DNA of 49,867 nucleotides from Planctomycetota bacterium (lineage in GTDB: Bacteria > Planctomycetota > Planctomycetia > Pirellulales > UBA7805), in NCBI GenBank assembly GCA_036337375.1, contig JAYZEI010000006.1, positions 1-49,867 of the forward strand. Direction: 5' to 3'. Positions within the stretch are counted from its first letter, which is position 1. Every line of letters begins with the position of its first letter. The notes under the pieces were generated by a model that saw only the letters and a list, made by a program, of their open reading frames with translations, was not told the DNA's origin and made no database searches. Below are positions 26,404-35,289 of the stretch, piece by piece. The translations under genes were made by a program, and so were the position numbers.

Positions 26404-27090
26404 ATGAGAACCTCGATATTACGTCCCAACTTGGCCACGATGCTAATTCTCTCTTTCGCTCTCGGATCGGTGTTAACCGCCGAGGCCGCCGATTCCGAGA
26501 AAGATGGCAAAGATGGTTTTGTGTCGCTGTTTAACGGCAAAGATCTCACCGGCTGGATGGGCGATACGAAAGGTTACCTTGTCCAAGATGGCAATCTCGT
26601 ATGTAAACCCGGTGGCAACCTTTACACCAAGAAGCAGTACAGCGATTTTGTTTTGCGCTTCGAATTCAAACTAACACCCGGTGCGAACAATGGCCTTGGG
26701 ATTCGCACCCCGCCAAAAGGCGACGCCGCGTACGTGGGAATGGAACTGCAGATTCTCGACGATACTTCGAAGAAATACGCCAAGCTAAAGCCCTGGCAAT
26801 ATCATGCGTCTATCTATGGTATCGTTCCGGTTAAACGCGGTCATCAAAAACCCGTCGGCCAGTGGAACGTTCAGGAGGTCACGGCGAACGGTCCGAAGAT
26901 CAAGGTCGTGCTTAATGGCGAAACGGTAATTGACACCGATCTGAGCAAGATCAAACAGACGCCGGACATCCATAATTTGAAAAAACATCCCGGCATGCAC
27001 AACAAGTCCGGACACATTGGCTTTTTGGGCCACGGATCCGTTGTCGAATTCCGCAATATCCGCGTCAAGAACCTGGCTAGCGGGCCGTAA
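26404..27090 (+). CDS. Secreted DUF1080 (3-keto-disaccharide hydrolase-like) protein
   Basis: Signal peptide. GFVSLFNGKDLTGW near the N-terminus and GHIGFLGHGSVVEFRNIRVK at the C-terminus are DUF1080 hallmarks. AAGGAG Shine-Dalgarno. Confidence 0.85.
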   Translation: MRTSILRPNLATMLILSFALGSVLTAEAADSEKDGKDGFVSLFNGKDLTGWMGDTKGYLVQDGNLVCKPGGNLYTKKQYSDFVLRFEFKLTPGANNGLGIRTPPKGDAAYVGMELQILDDTSKKYAKLKPWQYHASIYGIVPVKRGHQKPVGQWNVQEVTANGPKIKVVLNGETVIDTDLSKIKQTPDIHNLKKHPGMHNKSGHIGFLGHGSVVEFRNIRVKNLASGP

Positions 27091-27099
27091 GCGACACCA

Positions 27100-27939
27100 C
27101 TACGATTTGTAACTTGTCGCCGATTGCTCCGCCGTCATCCGCGAGTCGGTCGTGCCTAGCACTTCGCGCATGGCTTTGCCGTTTTGTTGGAACCACTGAA
27201 AGAGGATGCCGACATCCGTACCAATGCAGAAGTGCTTGACACCCATATCGAGATATTCCTGAGCTTCGTCGGGGCTTGAGATTTCAGCACGCGGCGCAAT
27301 GCCCATGCTGAGCGCCGTATCGATCACGTGGCGCTCGGCCTCTTTGATTCGTGGATCCGATCGCTGACCGGGGATGCCGAGACTCATCGAGTAATCTGCG
27401 GGACCAAACTGCACCATATCAACACCCTTGACTGAAAGCAGCGATTCGAGGTTTTCGACGGCCGACTGCTTCTCGATCATCAGCGCGATCACGGCATCGT
27501 CCAACGCCTGGACGAACTCGGGCGTACCGCCCTCCAGTACAAACCGCACATCGCGCCGCATACCAACCCCGTGGATACCTCCCGCTTGCGGAGTTTCAGC
27601 GCGGACCGCGCGGACACATTCTTCAACATCCTCCACCGTCCGCGGATCGGCGAACAGAACGTTTTGAATCCCCGAACCAATCGATCGAATCGCCAAATAC
27701 GTCCGCGGCTCTTGCTCGATTTTCATCATCGCCGACATGTTGTCAAACAGATCGACAGCGCGGCCTATGTTCTCCAAAGCGTAAAGATCGTAAGGCGCGT
27801 ACTCGCCCACAAACTCAATGTAGTCAAACATGCCCGAGTGACCGACCAATTCGACAATCGACGGCCACGAACTGTGAATGTGCGTGCCGATGCTTGGCTG
27901 ATCCGCGTCTAACAACTCACGAAGGCGGTTGCGGCGCAT
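27100..27939 (-). CDS. HpcH/HpaI-family 2-keto-3-deoxy-acid aldolase
   Basis: DYIEFVGEYAPYD, ALMIEKQSAVENLESLL and VDMVQFGPADYSMSLG are typical of HpcH/HpaI aldolases. The start at MRRNRLRELL (27939) avoids overlapping the divergent gene. Confidence 0.8.
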   Translation of the reverse strand: MRRNRLRELLDADQPSIGTHIHSSWPSIVELVGHSGMFDYIEFVGEYAPYDLYALENIGRAVDLFDNMSAMMKIEQEPRTYLAIRSIGSGIQNVLFADPRTVEDVEECVRAVRAETPQAGGIHGVGMRRDVRFVLEGGTPEFVQALDDAVIALMIEKQSAVENLESLLSVKGVDMVQFGPADYSMSLGIPGQRSDPRIKEAERHVIDTALSMGIAPRAEISSPDEAQEYLDMGVKHFCIGTDVGILFQWFQQNGKAMREVLGTTDSRMTAEQSATSYKS

Positions 27940-28030
27940 GGCGGGTCTCCCGGTTGCTGTTAAATGACTTGGCCTACCAACTTCTGACTGGTATCGTACA
28001 CAAAATTCATCCCGCTGACGTGAGCCCCAA

Positions 28031-29152
28031 ATGAAAATCACGCAAGTTATCTGTCAGATTTTGCGCATCGAAAATGTGGTCGCAAAAACGGCCAGCAGTC
28101 AAGATTCGATCGTCGTCCGTGTGCGAACCGACAGCGGACTCGAGGGCATCGGCGAAGCCGACTCGTCGCCCGAGATGGTGATGGCCGCGATCGATGCGCC
28201 ATTCAGTCACAACGTAGCGTGCGGTCTGCGCGAATTGCTGCTCGACGAGAATCCACTAGAGCATGAGCGCATCCGCCAAAAACTTTACCGAGCGACGATG
28301 TACTGTGGACGCGGCAGCGTAATGGGCACGGCCATTTCCGCGATTGATATGGCTCTTTGGGACATCAAGGGCAAGCATTTTGGCGAACCAATCCATCGCC
28401 TACTCGGCGGTAAGCAACACAACCGCATCAAGGCATACGCTTCAATCCTGTTCGGGCGCGACGGTCGGGAGACCACCGACATTGGCCAACGGTGGCGAGA
28501 AGCCGGCTATCGTGCGGTGAAGTTTGGCTGGGAACCCATGGGCGAAGACGAGGCGCTCGATATCGAATTAGTTCGTGCCGCACGCGAGGGGATCGGCGAC
28601 GATGCGGATTTGTTGATCGACGCCGGTTGTGTCTGGGACGCTCGTACAGCGCTGACTCGCGCCAAGGCGTTTGTCGATTACAACATCGGCTGGCTTGAAG
28701 AAGCGCTGATGCCGGACGACATCGATGGTTACGCCTGGCTGCGTGACCGCTCGCCAGTACCCATCGCCGCCGGTGAAGAAGAGTGTGGCCGGCAAGCATT
28801 CCGGAAATTGATCGATCGCCACGCGTTGGATATTTATCAGGTCGATATCTCGCGCAACGGATTTACGGATGCGATGTACATTAAACAACGTGTCGAGGAA
28901 ATTGGCGGGCAGCTATGCAATCACTGTTACACCAGCCCCGTGACGGTCGCCGCCAGTCTGCATTGGCTGAGCACGTGGAGCGGCGCGTTCCTGTTTGAAG
29001 ATTGTGTTGAGGACTCGCCGCTGCGACACGAGCTTACGGTTGAAACAATCCAGGCGGAAAACGGCTGGATCACCGTGCCCGATCGCCCCGGGCTGGGCGT
29101 GACGCTCAACGAAGATTTTATTTCGTCGCGCCTGATTGCCGAATCGGCCTGA
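28031..29152 (+). CDS. Enolase-superfamily (mandelate racemase subgroup) acid-sugar dehydratase
   Basis: Capping domain MKITQV...GIGEADSSPE. Barrel metal-ligand blocks LLIDAGC, WLEEAL and IAAGEEE, then YQVDISRNG and NHCY (candidate His base). Confidence 0.85.
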   Translation: MKITQVICQILRIENVVAKTASSQDSIVVRVRTDSGLEGIGEADSSPEMVMAAIDAPFSHNVACGLRELLLDENPLEHERIRQKLYRATMYCGRGSVMGTAISAIDMALWDIKGKHFGEPIHRLLGGKQHNRIKAYASILFGRDGRETTDIGQRWREAGYRAVKFGWEPMGEDEALDIELVRAAREGIGDDADLLIDAGCVWDARTALTRAKAFVDYNIGWLEEALMPDDIDGYAWLRDRSPVPIAAGEEECGRQAFRKLIDRHALDIYQVDISRNGFTDAMYIKQRVEEIGGQLCNHCYTSPVTVAASLHWLSTWSGAFLFEDCVEDSPLRHELTVETIQAENGWITVPDRPGLGVTLNEDFISSRLIAESA

Positions 29153-29154
29153 AG

Positions 29155-30027
29155 CTACAACGGCTGTTGGCCCCACGGGGTTGGCATCGTGGGCACTCGC
29201 CGGTGCCGGTCGCGGCGTTGGTCTTTTGGCCGCTGTTTGAACCACGTCACAAACGCCACAAGTTGCTTGACGGCTTCTTCGTAAACTTGACGCCCTTTCT
29301 CTTGGGTGGCTAATTCCGCATCGCCCAAGACGCCCGTTTCGCTGTAGCTACTGGTCCAAGAAATGACCGTCGCCGGACCTTGTGCGAACAGATCCACCCA
29401 ATGGAACGGACTGTCCTCTTCATTAAAGCTGATAACACCGCTTTCTATTTTGTCTTTCCGCACGTCATCGCCATCGAGATACAAATACAGAGACGTTTCC
29501 AATTCGCCGGCGTGGGCACAGCCCCCTGGAAATTTGCTTTCTCGCCAGTTCGGCAGGAATTCTTTGTCGACGGTCAGCAGATTCCACCACGCGGCTACGA
29601 CACACTCGGCATCTGTTTCCAGGTTTGTTCGCCGGGCAACCAGGTCGAGATTCGGCATGTTCGAACCGTGGCCGTTGAGCAGAACAATCTTTTTGAATCC
29701 GTGATAAGCCAACGACTTGGTGATGTCGAGCACGTGATGCATGAAATGCTCGAAATCGTTATTGATGGTGCCTGGAAAATCCATCACATGCCCCGTGTAA
29801 CCGTAAGCGACAATCGGCAGGACCAACATTTTGTCGGGAATCTGTTGTCCCGCGCCGTGCGCTATGCCGGTTGGGCAAACCAGATCGACGTCCAACGGCA
29901 AATGATGGCCGTGCTGTTCGACCGCCCCACAGGGAACGATGCATACCTGGTCGCCATCGACCGCATCGTTGATCTCGGGCCAAGTTAGTTTTTCGTACCG
30001 GAATTCTGTTTCAGCGCGCGAAGCCAT
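29155..30027 (-). CDS. Creatininase-family amidohydrolase (canonical motifs)
   Basis: VPCGAVEQHGHHLPLDVD, VLLNGHGSN and CAHAGELETS. Confidence 0.85.
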   Translation of the reverse strand: MASRAETEFRYEKLTWPEINDAVDGDQVCIVPCGAVEQHGHHLPLDVDLVCPTGIAHGAGQQIPDKMLVLPIVAYGYTGHVMDFPGTINNDFEHFMHHVLDITKSLAYHGFKKIVLLNGHGSNMPNLDLVARRTNLETDAECVVAAWWNLLTVDKEFLPNWRESKFPGGCAHAGELETSLYLYLDGDDVRKDKIESGVISFNEEDSPFHWVDLFAQGPATVISWTSSYSETGVLGDAELATQEKGRQVYEEAVKQLVAFVTWFKQRPKDQRRDRHRRVPTMPTPWGQQPL

Positions 30028-30052
30028 TTCTATATTTCCGACAGTTCAGTGC

Positions 30053-32053
30053 TCAGATGATTCCCAGTTCTTTCAGAGTCGTGATGACCGCCAGCAGCGT
30101 AAAGAACAAACCGGCCAGCACCATACCAATCCTAATAAGCCAACCCGGCCGCAATTCTCGGGGCAGCAGAATCAGATTCAATGCCAGAGAGTGAAGGCAA
30201 CTGAATCCCAGAGCGTAGTTGAAGATGATGGTCGCATATTTCATCAGTTCGACAGGTTTGCCGACGGTCAGCATGATCATCCCGAAAACGCTATAGCCGG
30301 CAAGGACATAGAAATACACATTCCTGATTTTTGCCGGGTCCATTTGGCGCAGGCGGCGGCTGCCCGTCCAAAACACGTCGACCCAACGTCGGACGATGCC
30401 GTCTATTGAACTCGCCATACTGGGAGCCAGAACCAAGAACCCACAAAACAATGTCATGAACCAGAACACATCGCCCCATCCTTCGCCGGAAATGAACTGG
30501 CCAATCCATGTGCCGCTGGGAGGGCTGGTGACTCGATCTTCCACACCGGCGGCGGTCATGGCGGCCGCAGTCCAGTTGTCCGCCTCGTAACCGCGGCGCA
30601 GGTACTCGACCGACAGCATGCTGGGCAAAGCCAACCCGACAAAGCAGGCCGGCATCCACACAAACACCTGGTCGCGCACGACGTGTTTGTACCAGCGCCG
30701 CCAACGGGGCAGTGAATCGTCTGTCACCTGAAAGACCTTGCCGACGTGCGAAAGCTGAATGTTGTGACCGCCGATCACACTAGGAATGGCGCCGACATGA
30801 TGCCCCATGCCCCAGCCCTGGTCCCTCGTATAATTGCTGACGGGGGTGTTGGACAATCCACCCGAACCGGCAATCGCAGCCAAAGCAGCGATAAAACCGA
30901 TCAGCGTCAGGTCAATCGTGCCCTGTAAGCCGCCGCGAAACAGAGCGACGAACAGATTGTCGACGTTATCGCCGTCGCGGAATCCGTCGCCATCGATATC
31001 AATGAAAGTGTCGGCCTTGCCATCCGGCTTGCCGCTCTTCGGATCAACGACGATATCCGGCCACTGGTCGGGGTGGCCATCGCCATCCTCATCGACAAAC
31101 TTCTCAGGTTTTCCGTCCCCGTTTAAATCTCCCCAACTATCGGCCACGCCGTCGCCGTCGGTGTCCACCGGTTTGTCGCCTTGGCCGTCACGATCTAAAT
31201 CCGGCCAATCTCCCGGCTTGATCGCATGAATGTCGAGCAATCTTGGTTCAACGCAATCGAGATTATTATCGCCATCCCAATCCTCACCGGGATCCAAGCG
31301 ATTGTTGTTATTCAGATCCTCGGCGCGTTGAACCGGCACGTTGCCGAACTTCACAAAACCGCTGAAAATTTCCCCCCACGTCGACCAACTGGAATAAAAA
31401 ACCGCCAAGATCAACAAGAATCCAAGAACCACGACAATTTTGAAAGTCATGATCCCCTTGAGCACGTTGTAAATCTTTCCGCCGATGATTAACGGAATTA
31501 GCGCCGTCAGAAAAATCGCATACCCCAGCCCCTTCATCAAATAGAAGTGATTCACGTTGTTTTCCGGGTCCGGAATCTCTCCTCCCAAGATGACTGCGGC
31601 CAGAGGCGTCGCGGCGTTGGCCGCCAGGTAGGGAAACACCGCACCGAAGTCCAAAACCAGATACACAAAAAGCCAGAACATCGGGCCGGGCAGAGTCCGA
31701 AACTTGCCGGTGAAGATCGGTTCGCCGGTGTACAGCGTGTAGCGGCTAATCTCGATATTGTAGAGAACTTGCGACAGGATACTGATCGTCGCCAGCCACA
31801 TCAGGGCGCCACCGTACTTGGCCGTGACCATGGGGCCGACCAACCACTCGCCCCCACCGATGGCCGCGCCCCCCATCAGCAACCCGGGCCCCAGCATGGC
31901 GAACCAGTTGCGCCAGGTGAATGTCGGGGCCTCGGTCAACTCCGCGACTTCCCACCGCGGCATCGCCGACGAACCGGGATGCGGAGCTCCGAATGTTGAT
32001 TTCACAGCAGAGTCGTCTGCTATCCGGTCATTTGCGTCGGGTCGATCGGCCAC
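30053..32053 (-). CDS. Nramp-fold membrane transporter lacking the DPGN metal motif, with a ~124-aa Asp-rich Ca-binding-type loop insert
   Basis: TM1 region LGPGLLMGGAAIGGGEWLVGP...GGALMWLATISILSQVLYNIEISRYTLYTGEPI aligns with Nramp/MntH, but GGGE replaces DPGN. Residues 243-366 contain about 7 DxDxDG-like loops. The start is uncertain (GTG 32053 or ATG 31963). Confidence 0.65.
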   Translation of the reverse strand: MADRPDANDRIADDSAVKSTFGAPHPGSSAMPRWEVAELTEAPTFTWRNWFAMLGPGLLMGGAAIGGGEWLVGPMVTAKYGGALMWLATISILSQVLYNIEISRYTLYTGEPIFTGKFRTLPGPMFWLFVYLVLDFGAVFPYLAANAATPLAAVILGGEIPDPENNVNHFYLMKGLGYAIFLTALIPLIIGGKIYNVLKGIMTFKIVVVLGFLLILAVFYSSWSTWGEIFSGFVKFGNVPVQRAEDLNNNNRLDPGEDWDGDNNLDCVEPRLLDIHAIKPGDWPDLDRDGQGDKPVDTDGDGVADSWGDLNGDGKPEKFVDEDGDGHPDQWPDIVVDPKSGKPDGKADTFIDIDGDGFRDGDNVDNLFVALFRGGLQGTIDLTLIGFIAALAAIAGSGGLSNTPVSNYTRDQGWGMGHHVGAIPSVIGGHNIQLSHVGKVFQVTDDSLPRWRRWYKHVVRDQVFVWMPACFVGLALPSMLSVEYLRRGYEADNWTAAAMTAAGVEDRVTSPPSGTWIGQFISGEGWGDVFWFMTLFCGFLVLAPSMASSIDGIVRRWVDVFWTGSRRLRQMDPAKIRNVYFYVLAGYSVFGMIMLTVGKPVELMKYATIIFNYALGFSCLHSLALNLILLPRELRPGWLIRIGMVLAGLFFTLLAVITTLKELGII

Positions 32054-32212
32054 GATGTGCGTATCCTTAACGGTCGAGATGAAAAAAGATCATCCGCGAA
32101 AAGCGCGCCTGCATACCCATTCCCTGCGGGACCGTTTATGATCGGGTTTGCGACTCGCTCGGTCAAGAATCTGAAATTGTTTTTCACAAATTTTTCGTGC
32201 AGGACGACAGCC

Positions 32213-33256
32213 GTGGTGAACTCAGCCCGCCTTAACATCGAGCGAGCCGACGAGCTAATTACATACCTACTTCGCGAGGGACTTCTTTCCCCAGACGAGA
32301 CGCCACAATTTGAAGTATTGACCGGCGGCGTATCGAATCGCACTGTTTTGGTACGGCGCGAGCCCCGGCATGGTGAATCGTGGGTGATTAAACAAGCATT
32401 ACGGAAGCTGCGAGTTGACGTCGATTGGTTCAGCGACCCTCTACGGATTCATCGTGAAGCATCCGGTTTGCGATGCCTGACGAAGTTGTTGCCGGAGGGT
32501 ACGGTTCCGCACTACATTTTTGAAGATAAGCACGAACATCTTTTTGCAATGACCGCCGTTCCGGATCCGCACGTGAATTGGAAATCGAAACTGCTGGATG
32601 GACAACTCGATTGTGCGCACGTCAGACAATTTGCCGAAGTGCTGGGCACCATACACAGCCGCGCGTCCGAACAATCGGAGCAACTCGTTCACGAATTTGG
32701 CGATCGTTCGTTTTTTGAATCGCTTCGGCTGGAGCCGTATTATGCCTATACGAGAGAACAAGTGCCCGCCGTCGCCACGTTCTTCGACGATTTAATCGAT
32801 GACACGCGAACACGCCAATTGACGCTGGTTCACGGCGACTACAGCCCGAAGAACATCCTGGTTCATAATAACGGTCTCGTATTGCTCGACCATGAAGTAA
32901 TCCACTGGGGCGATCCGGCTTTTGATCTCGGATTCAGCATGACCCATCTGCTCAGCAAGGCTCATTATATGCCGGCGATGCGAGAGGAATTCGTGGCCGC
33001 AACGCGAGATTATTGGCAGGCTTATCGTGTCGTGGCTGGCAGCAACGATTGGCAGCATGACATTGAAGCATTTGCGGTACGGCACACGCTTGGATGTTTG
33101 TTGGCCCGAGTAGCCGGCCGATCGCCGTTAGAATATCTGAATGAACGTCACCGTGCAGCGCAGCAACGCGCGGTGATTTCCATCATCAACAATATGCCCG
33201 CGACCGTTGAAGTGTTAATCGATCAATTCATCTACGAGTTGCCAGCGAATGCCTAA
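32213..33256 (+). CDS. MtnK-like (APH-fold) small-molecule kinase
   Basis: Gly-loop LTGGVSN, WVIKQA, catalytic loop HGDYSPKNILV and Mg-binding DHEVIHWGDPAFDLG. The layout parallels methylthioribose kinase. The GTG at 32213 follows AGGA and an AT-rich stretch, and gives an N-terminus co-linear with MtnK. The longer track starts (32057, 32138) would abut the divergent gene. Confidence 0.65.
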   Translation: MVNSARLNIERADELITYLLREGLLSPDETPQFEVLTGGVSNRTVLVRREPRHGESWVIKQALRKLRVDVDWFSDPLRIHREASGLRCLTKLLPEGTVPHYIFEDKHEHLFAMTAVPDPHVNWKSKLLDGQLDCAHVRQFAEVLGTIHSRASEQSEQLVHEFGDRSFFESLRLEPYYAYTREQVPAVATFFDDLIDDTRTRQLTLVHGDYSPKNILVHNNGLVLLDHEVIHWGDPAFDLGFSMTHLLSKAHYMPAMREEFVAATRDYWQAYRVVAGSNDWQHDIEAFAVRHTLGCLLARVAGRSPLEYLNERHRAAQQRAVISIINNMPATVEVLIDQFIYELPANA

Positions 33257-34520
33257 AATAACGCAACTCACCGCGCTGGAAATTCTCGATAGCCGTGGCC
33301 GGCCAACAATCGAAGTCACCTGCGAATTGGCCGGCGGTGCAGCCGCCTCAGCGCAGGTTCCCTCGGGCGCCTCGACGGGACAGGCCGAAGCGGTTGAATT
33401 GCGCGACGGCGATCCACAACGGTTCGGCGGACTTGGTTGCCGCAAGGCGGTCGCGCAAGTAAGCGGGCCGATTGCGGCTGGCGTCTGCGGATGCGATTTC
33501 GATAACCAGGAAGCTCTCGATCGCACATTGCTCAAATTGGACGGCACTCCCAATAAATCTATCCTCGGGGCGAACGCAATACTTGGCGTTTCAATCGCAT
33601 TCGCGCGTGCGACGGCGATCGATCGCGGCGTTCCGCTGTATCAGCAATTTGCAGATCTGGCAGATCTGCAACTCTCCAAGCTTCCGCAATTAACAATCAA
33701 TCTGTTCAGTGGGGGCCGGCATGCGGGCGGTCAGGTGGCTGTTCAGGATGTGCTCATTGTGCCCGCCTCTGCGCGAACCATCGACGAAGGACTCGCCCAA
33801 ATTTGTGCCGTCTATGAATCGGCCGCCAAGCTCAGCCTTGAAAATTATGGAATGCGGCGGTTGTCGGCGGACGAGGGGGGACTGGCGCCGGCGTTCGAAC
33901 GGATTGAAGCAATGTTTGAAGACACCATGACCGCGATCAGGACAGCCGGCCTGTCGCCCGGCGATGATATCTGCCTGGCAATCGACGTCGCATCATCGCA
34001 CTTTTACCGGCACGGAAACTACGTATTAGAGGGCCGACCAATGGCCGCAGCGGCAATGATCGAGGCCATTGCGGGTTGGGTCGAAAAGTACCCGATCATC
34101 AGCGTCGAAGATGGGCTGGCCGAAGATGACTGGCAACACTGGCCGGCGCTGTGCGAACGGTTAAGCGACCGGGCATTGACGTTGGGGGATGACCTGCTTT
34201 GCACAAAACCGCCACGGATCCAGCGCGCCATCGACGCAGGTGCTTGTAACGCACTATTGTTGAAAGTCAACCAAGTTGGCACGCTGACCGAAGCCGCCCA
34301 TGCGTTGTGTTTGGCACGCGGTGCAGATTGGCATGTAACCGTGAGCGCACGAAGCGGCGAGACCGAAGACAACTGGCTGGCCGATCTTGCCGTAGGATGG
34401 TCTGCAGACCAAATCAAAGTCGGCTCAGTAACGCAATCCGAACGTTTGGCAAAATACAACCGCCTGCTCACGATCGAAAACGCAACTCAATTGCCGGTCG
34501 CACATTGGCCACCCCGCTGA
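33249..34520 (+). CDS. eno: Enolase-family protein (phosphopyruvate hydratase paralog with two altered active-site positions)
   Basis: ILDSRGRPTIEV, PSGASTG, SADEGGLAP, SVEDGLAEDDW, LGDDL, LLKVNQVGTLTE and IKVGS are all enolase blocks. VQDVLI replaces IQEFMI, and SARSGETED replaces SHRSGETED. The start overlaps the kinase stop by 8 nt. Confidence 0.8.
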   Translation: MPKITQLTALEILDSRGRPTIEVTCELAGGAAASAQVPSGASTGQAEAVELRDGDPQRFGGLGCRKAVAQVSGPIAAGVCGCDFDNQEALDRTLLKLDGTPNKSILGANAILGVSIAFARATAIDRGVPLYQQFADLADLQLSKLPQLTINLFSGGRHAGGQVAVQDVLIVPASARTIDEGLAQICAVYESAAKLSLENYGMRRLSADEGGLAPAFERIEAMFEDTMTAIRTAGLSPGDDICLAIDVASSHFYRHGNYVLEGRPMAAAAMIEAIAGWVEKYPIISVEDGLAEDDWQHWPALCERLSDRALTLGDDLLCTKPPRIQRAIDAGACNALLLKVNQVGTLTEAAHALCLARGADWHVTVSARSGETEDNWLADLAVGWSADQIKVGSVTQSERLAKYNRLLTIENATQLPVAHWPPR

Positions 34521-34541
34521 GAGCGGTTGCTTGCATCAACC

Positions 34542-35168
34542 TCATACCGCGATTACCCGGTCGGCCCGCGGCAGAGTTGTCCTGACGAGTTCCGCATTCA
34601 GCCGATCGTTTGTCTCGATTTTCAGCGCCGCCGCCGCCTGATCGCACCCGCCATCACGATGGCGATCGCGCACGCGTCGCATGCATTCCTCGAGCGGGGT
34701 ATCCAAATACCAGATTTGATCCAATAGATCTGCTACTTCCCGCCAGCCGTCAAGTAACAGATAGTTCCCCTCGACGATGACAACTTGCGTTGAGGCAACA
34801 ATCGTCCCGCCGCCCGGAATTGGTTCGTGCAACTCGCGGCTATAGGTGGGAACGGCAATGTCACGATTGACCTTATCGCGCACTGACCGAACGTGATTGA
34901 CAAATCCCTCCAGATCAAATGTCGCAGGTGAACCCTTGCGCTGGCTCAGTCCGAGTTCATTCAATTGCCGGTCCGGAAAATGAAAACCGTCTAACGCGAG
35001 AACGGCAGCCTGAATTTTCAACTCGTCCCCAAGAATTTGGCACAATTGGCCGGCCAACGTACTTTTGCCGCTCCCGCAACAACCTGTTAGGCCAAGTAAT
35101 ACGCGACCGGTCGCACTCCCGTTCGCGGCGTGCAAATCACGGATTTCATCGGCGAGTCGCTTGATCAT
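34542..35168 (-). CDS. P-loop nucleoside/sugar kinase family protein (uridine kinase/PRK-like)
   Basis: Walker A GCCGSGKST. Also LALDGFHFP and VIVEGNYLLL blocks, as in the PRK/uridine kinase family. Confidence 0.7.
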   Translation of the reverse strand: MIKRLADEIRDLHAANGSATGRVLLGLTGCCGSGKSTLAGQLCQILGDELKIQAAVLALDGFHFPDRQLNELGLSQRKGSPATFDLEGFVNHVRSVRDKVNRDIAVPTYSRELHEPIPGGGTIVASTQVVIVEGNYLLLDGWREVADLLDQIWYLDTPLEECMRRVRDRHRDGGCDQAAAALKIETNDRLNAELVRTTLPRADRVIAV

Positions 35169-35289
35169 TTCGCGGCGGTGTGGGCTGGTGAAATTGTGAT
35201 TTAACTATGCTATTCTGTCGGTCATCGTGGAATTATAGGAACTGGACGCCACATCTTTCGACTCCTCCATTAAACAGAACAAAGCAACT

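Noticed and set aside
32057-32212. A 5' extension of the kinase ORF (track starts at GTG 32057 and ATG 32138).
   Set aside because: It would begin 3 nt from the divergent transporter ORF and would encode an AT-rich promoter-like stretch (32165-32200). The GTG at 32213 has an AGGA at proper spacing and gives an N-terminus co-linear with MtnK. The true start still needs experimental confirmation.
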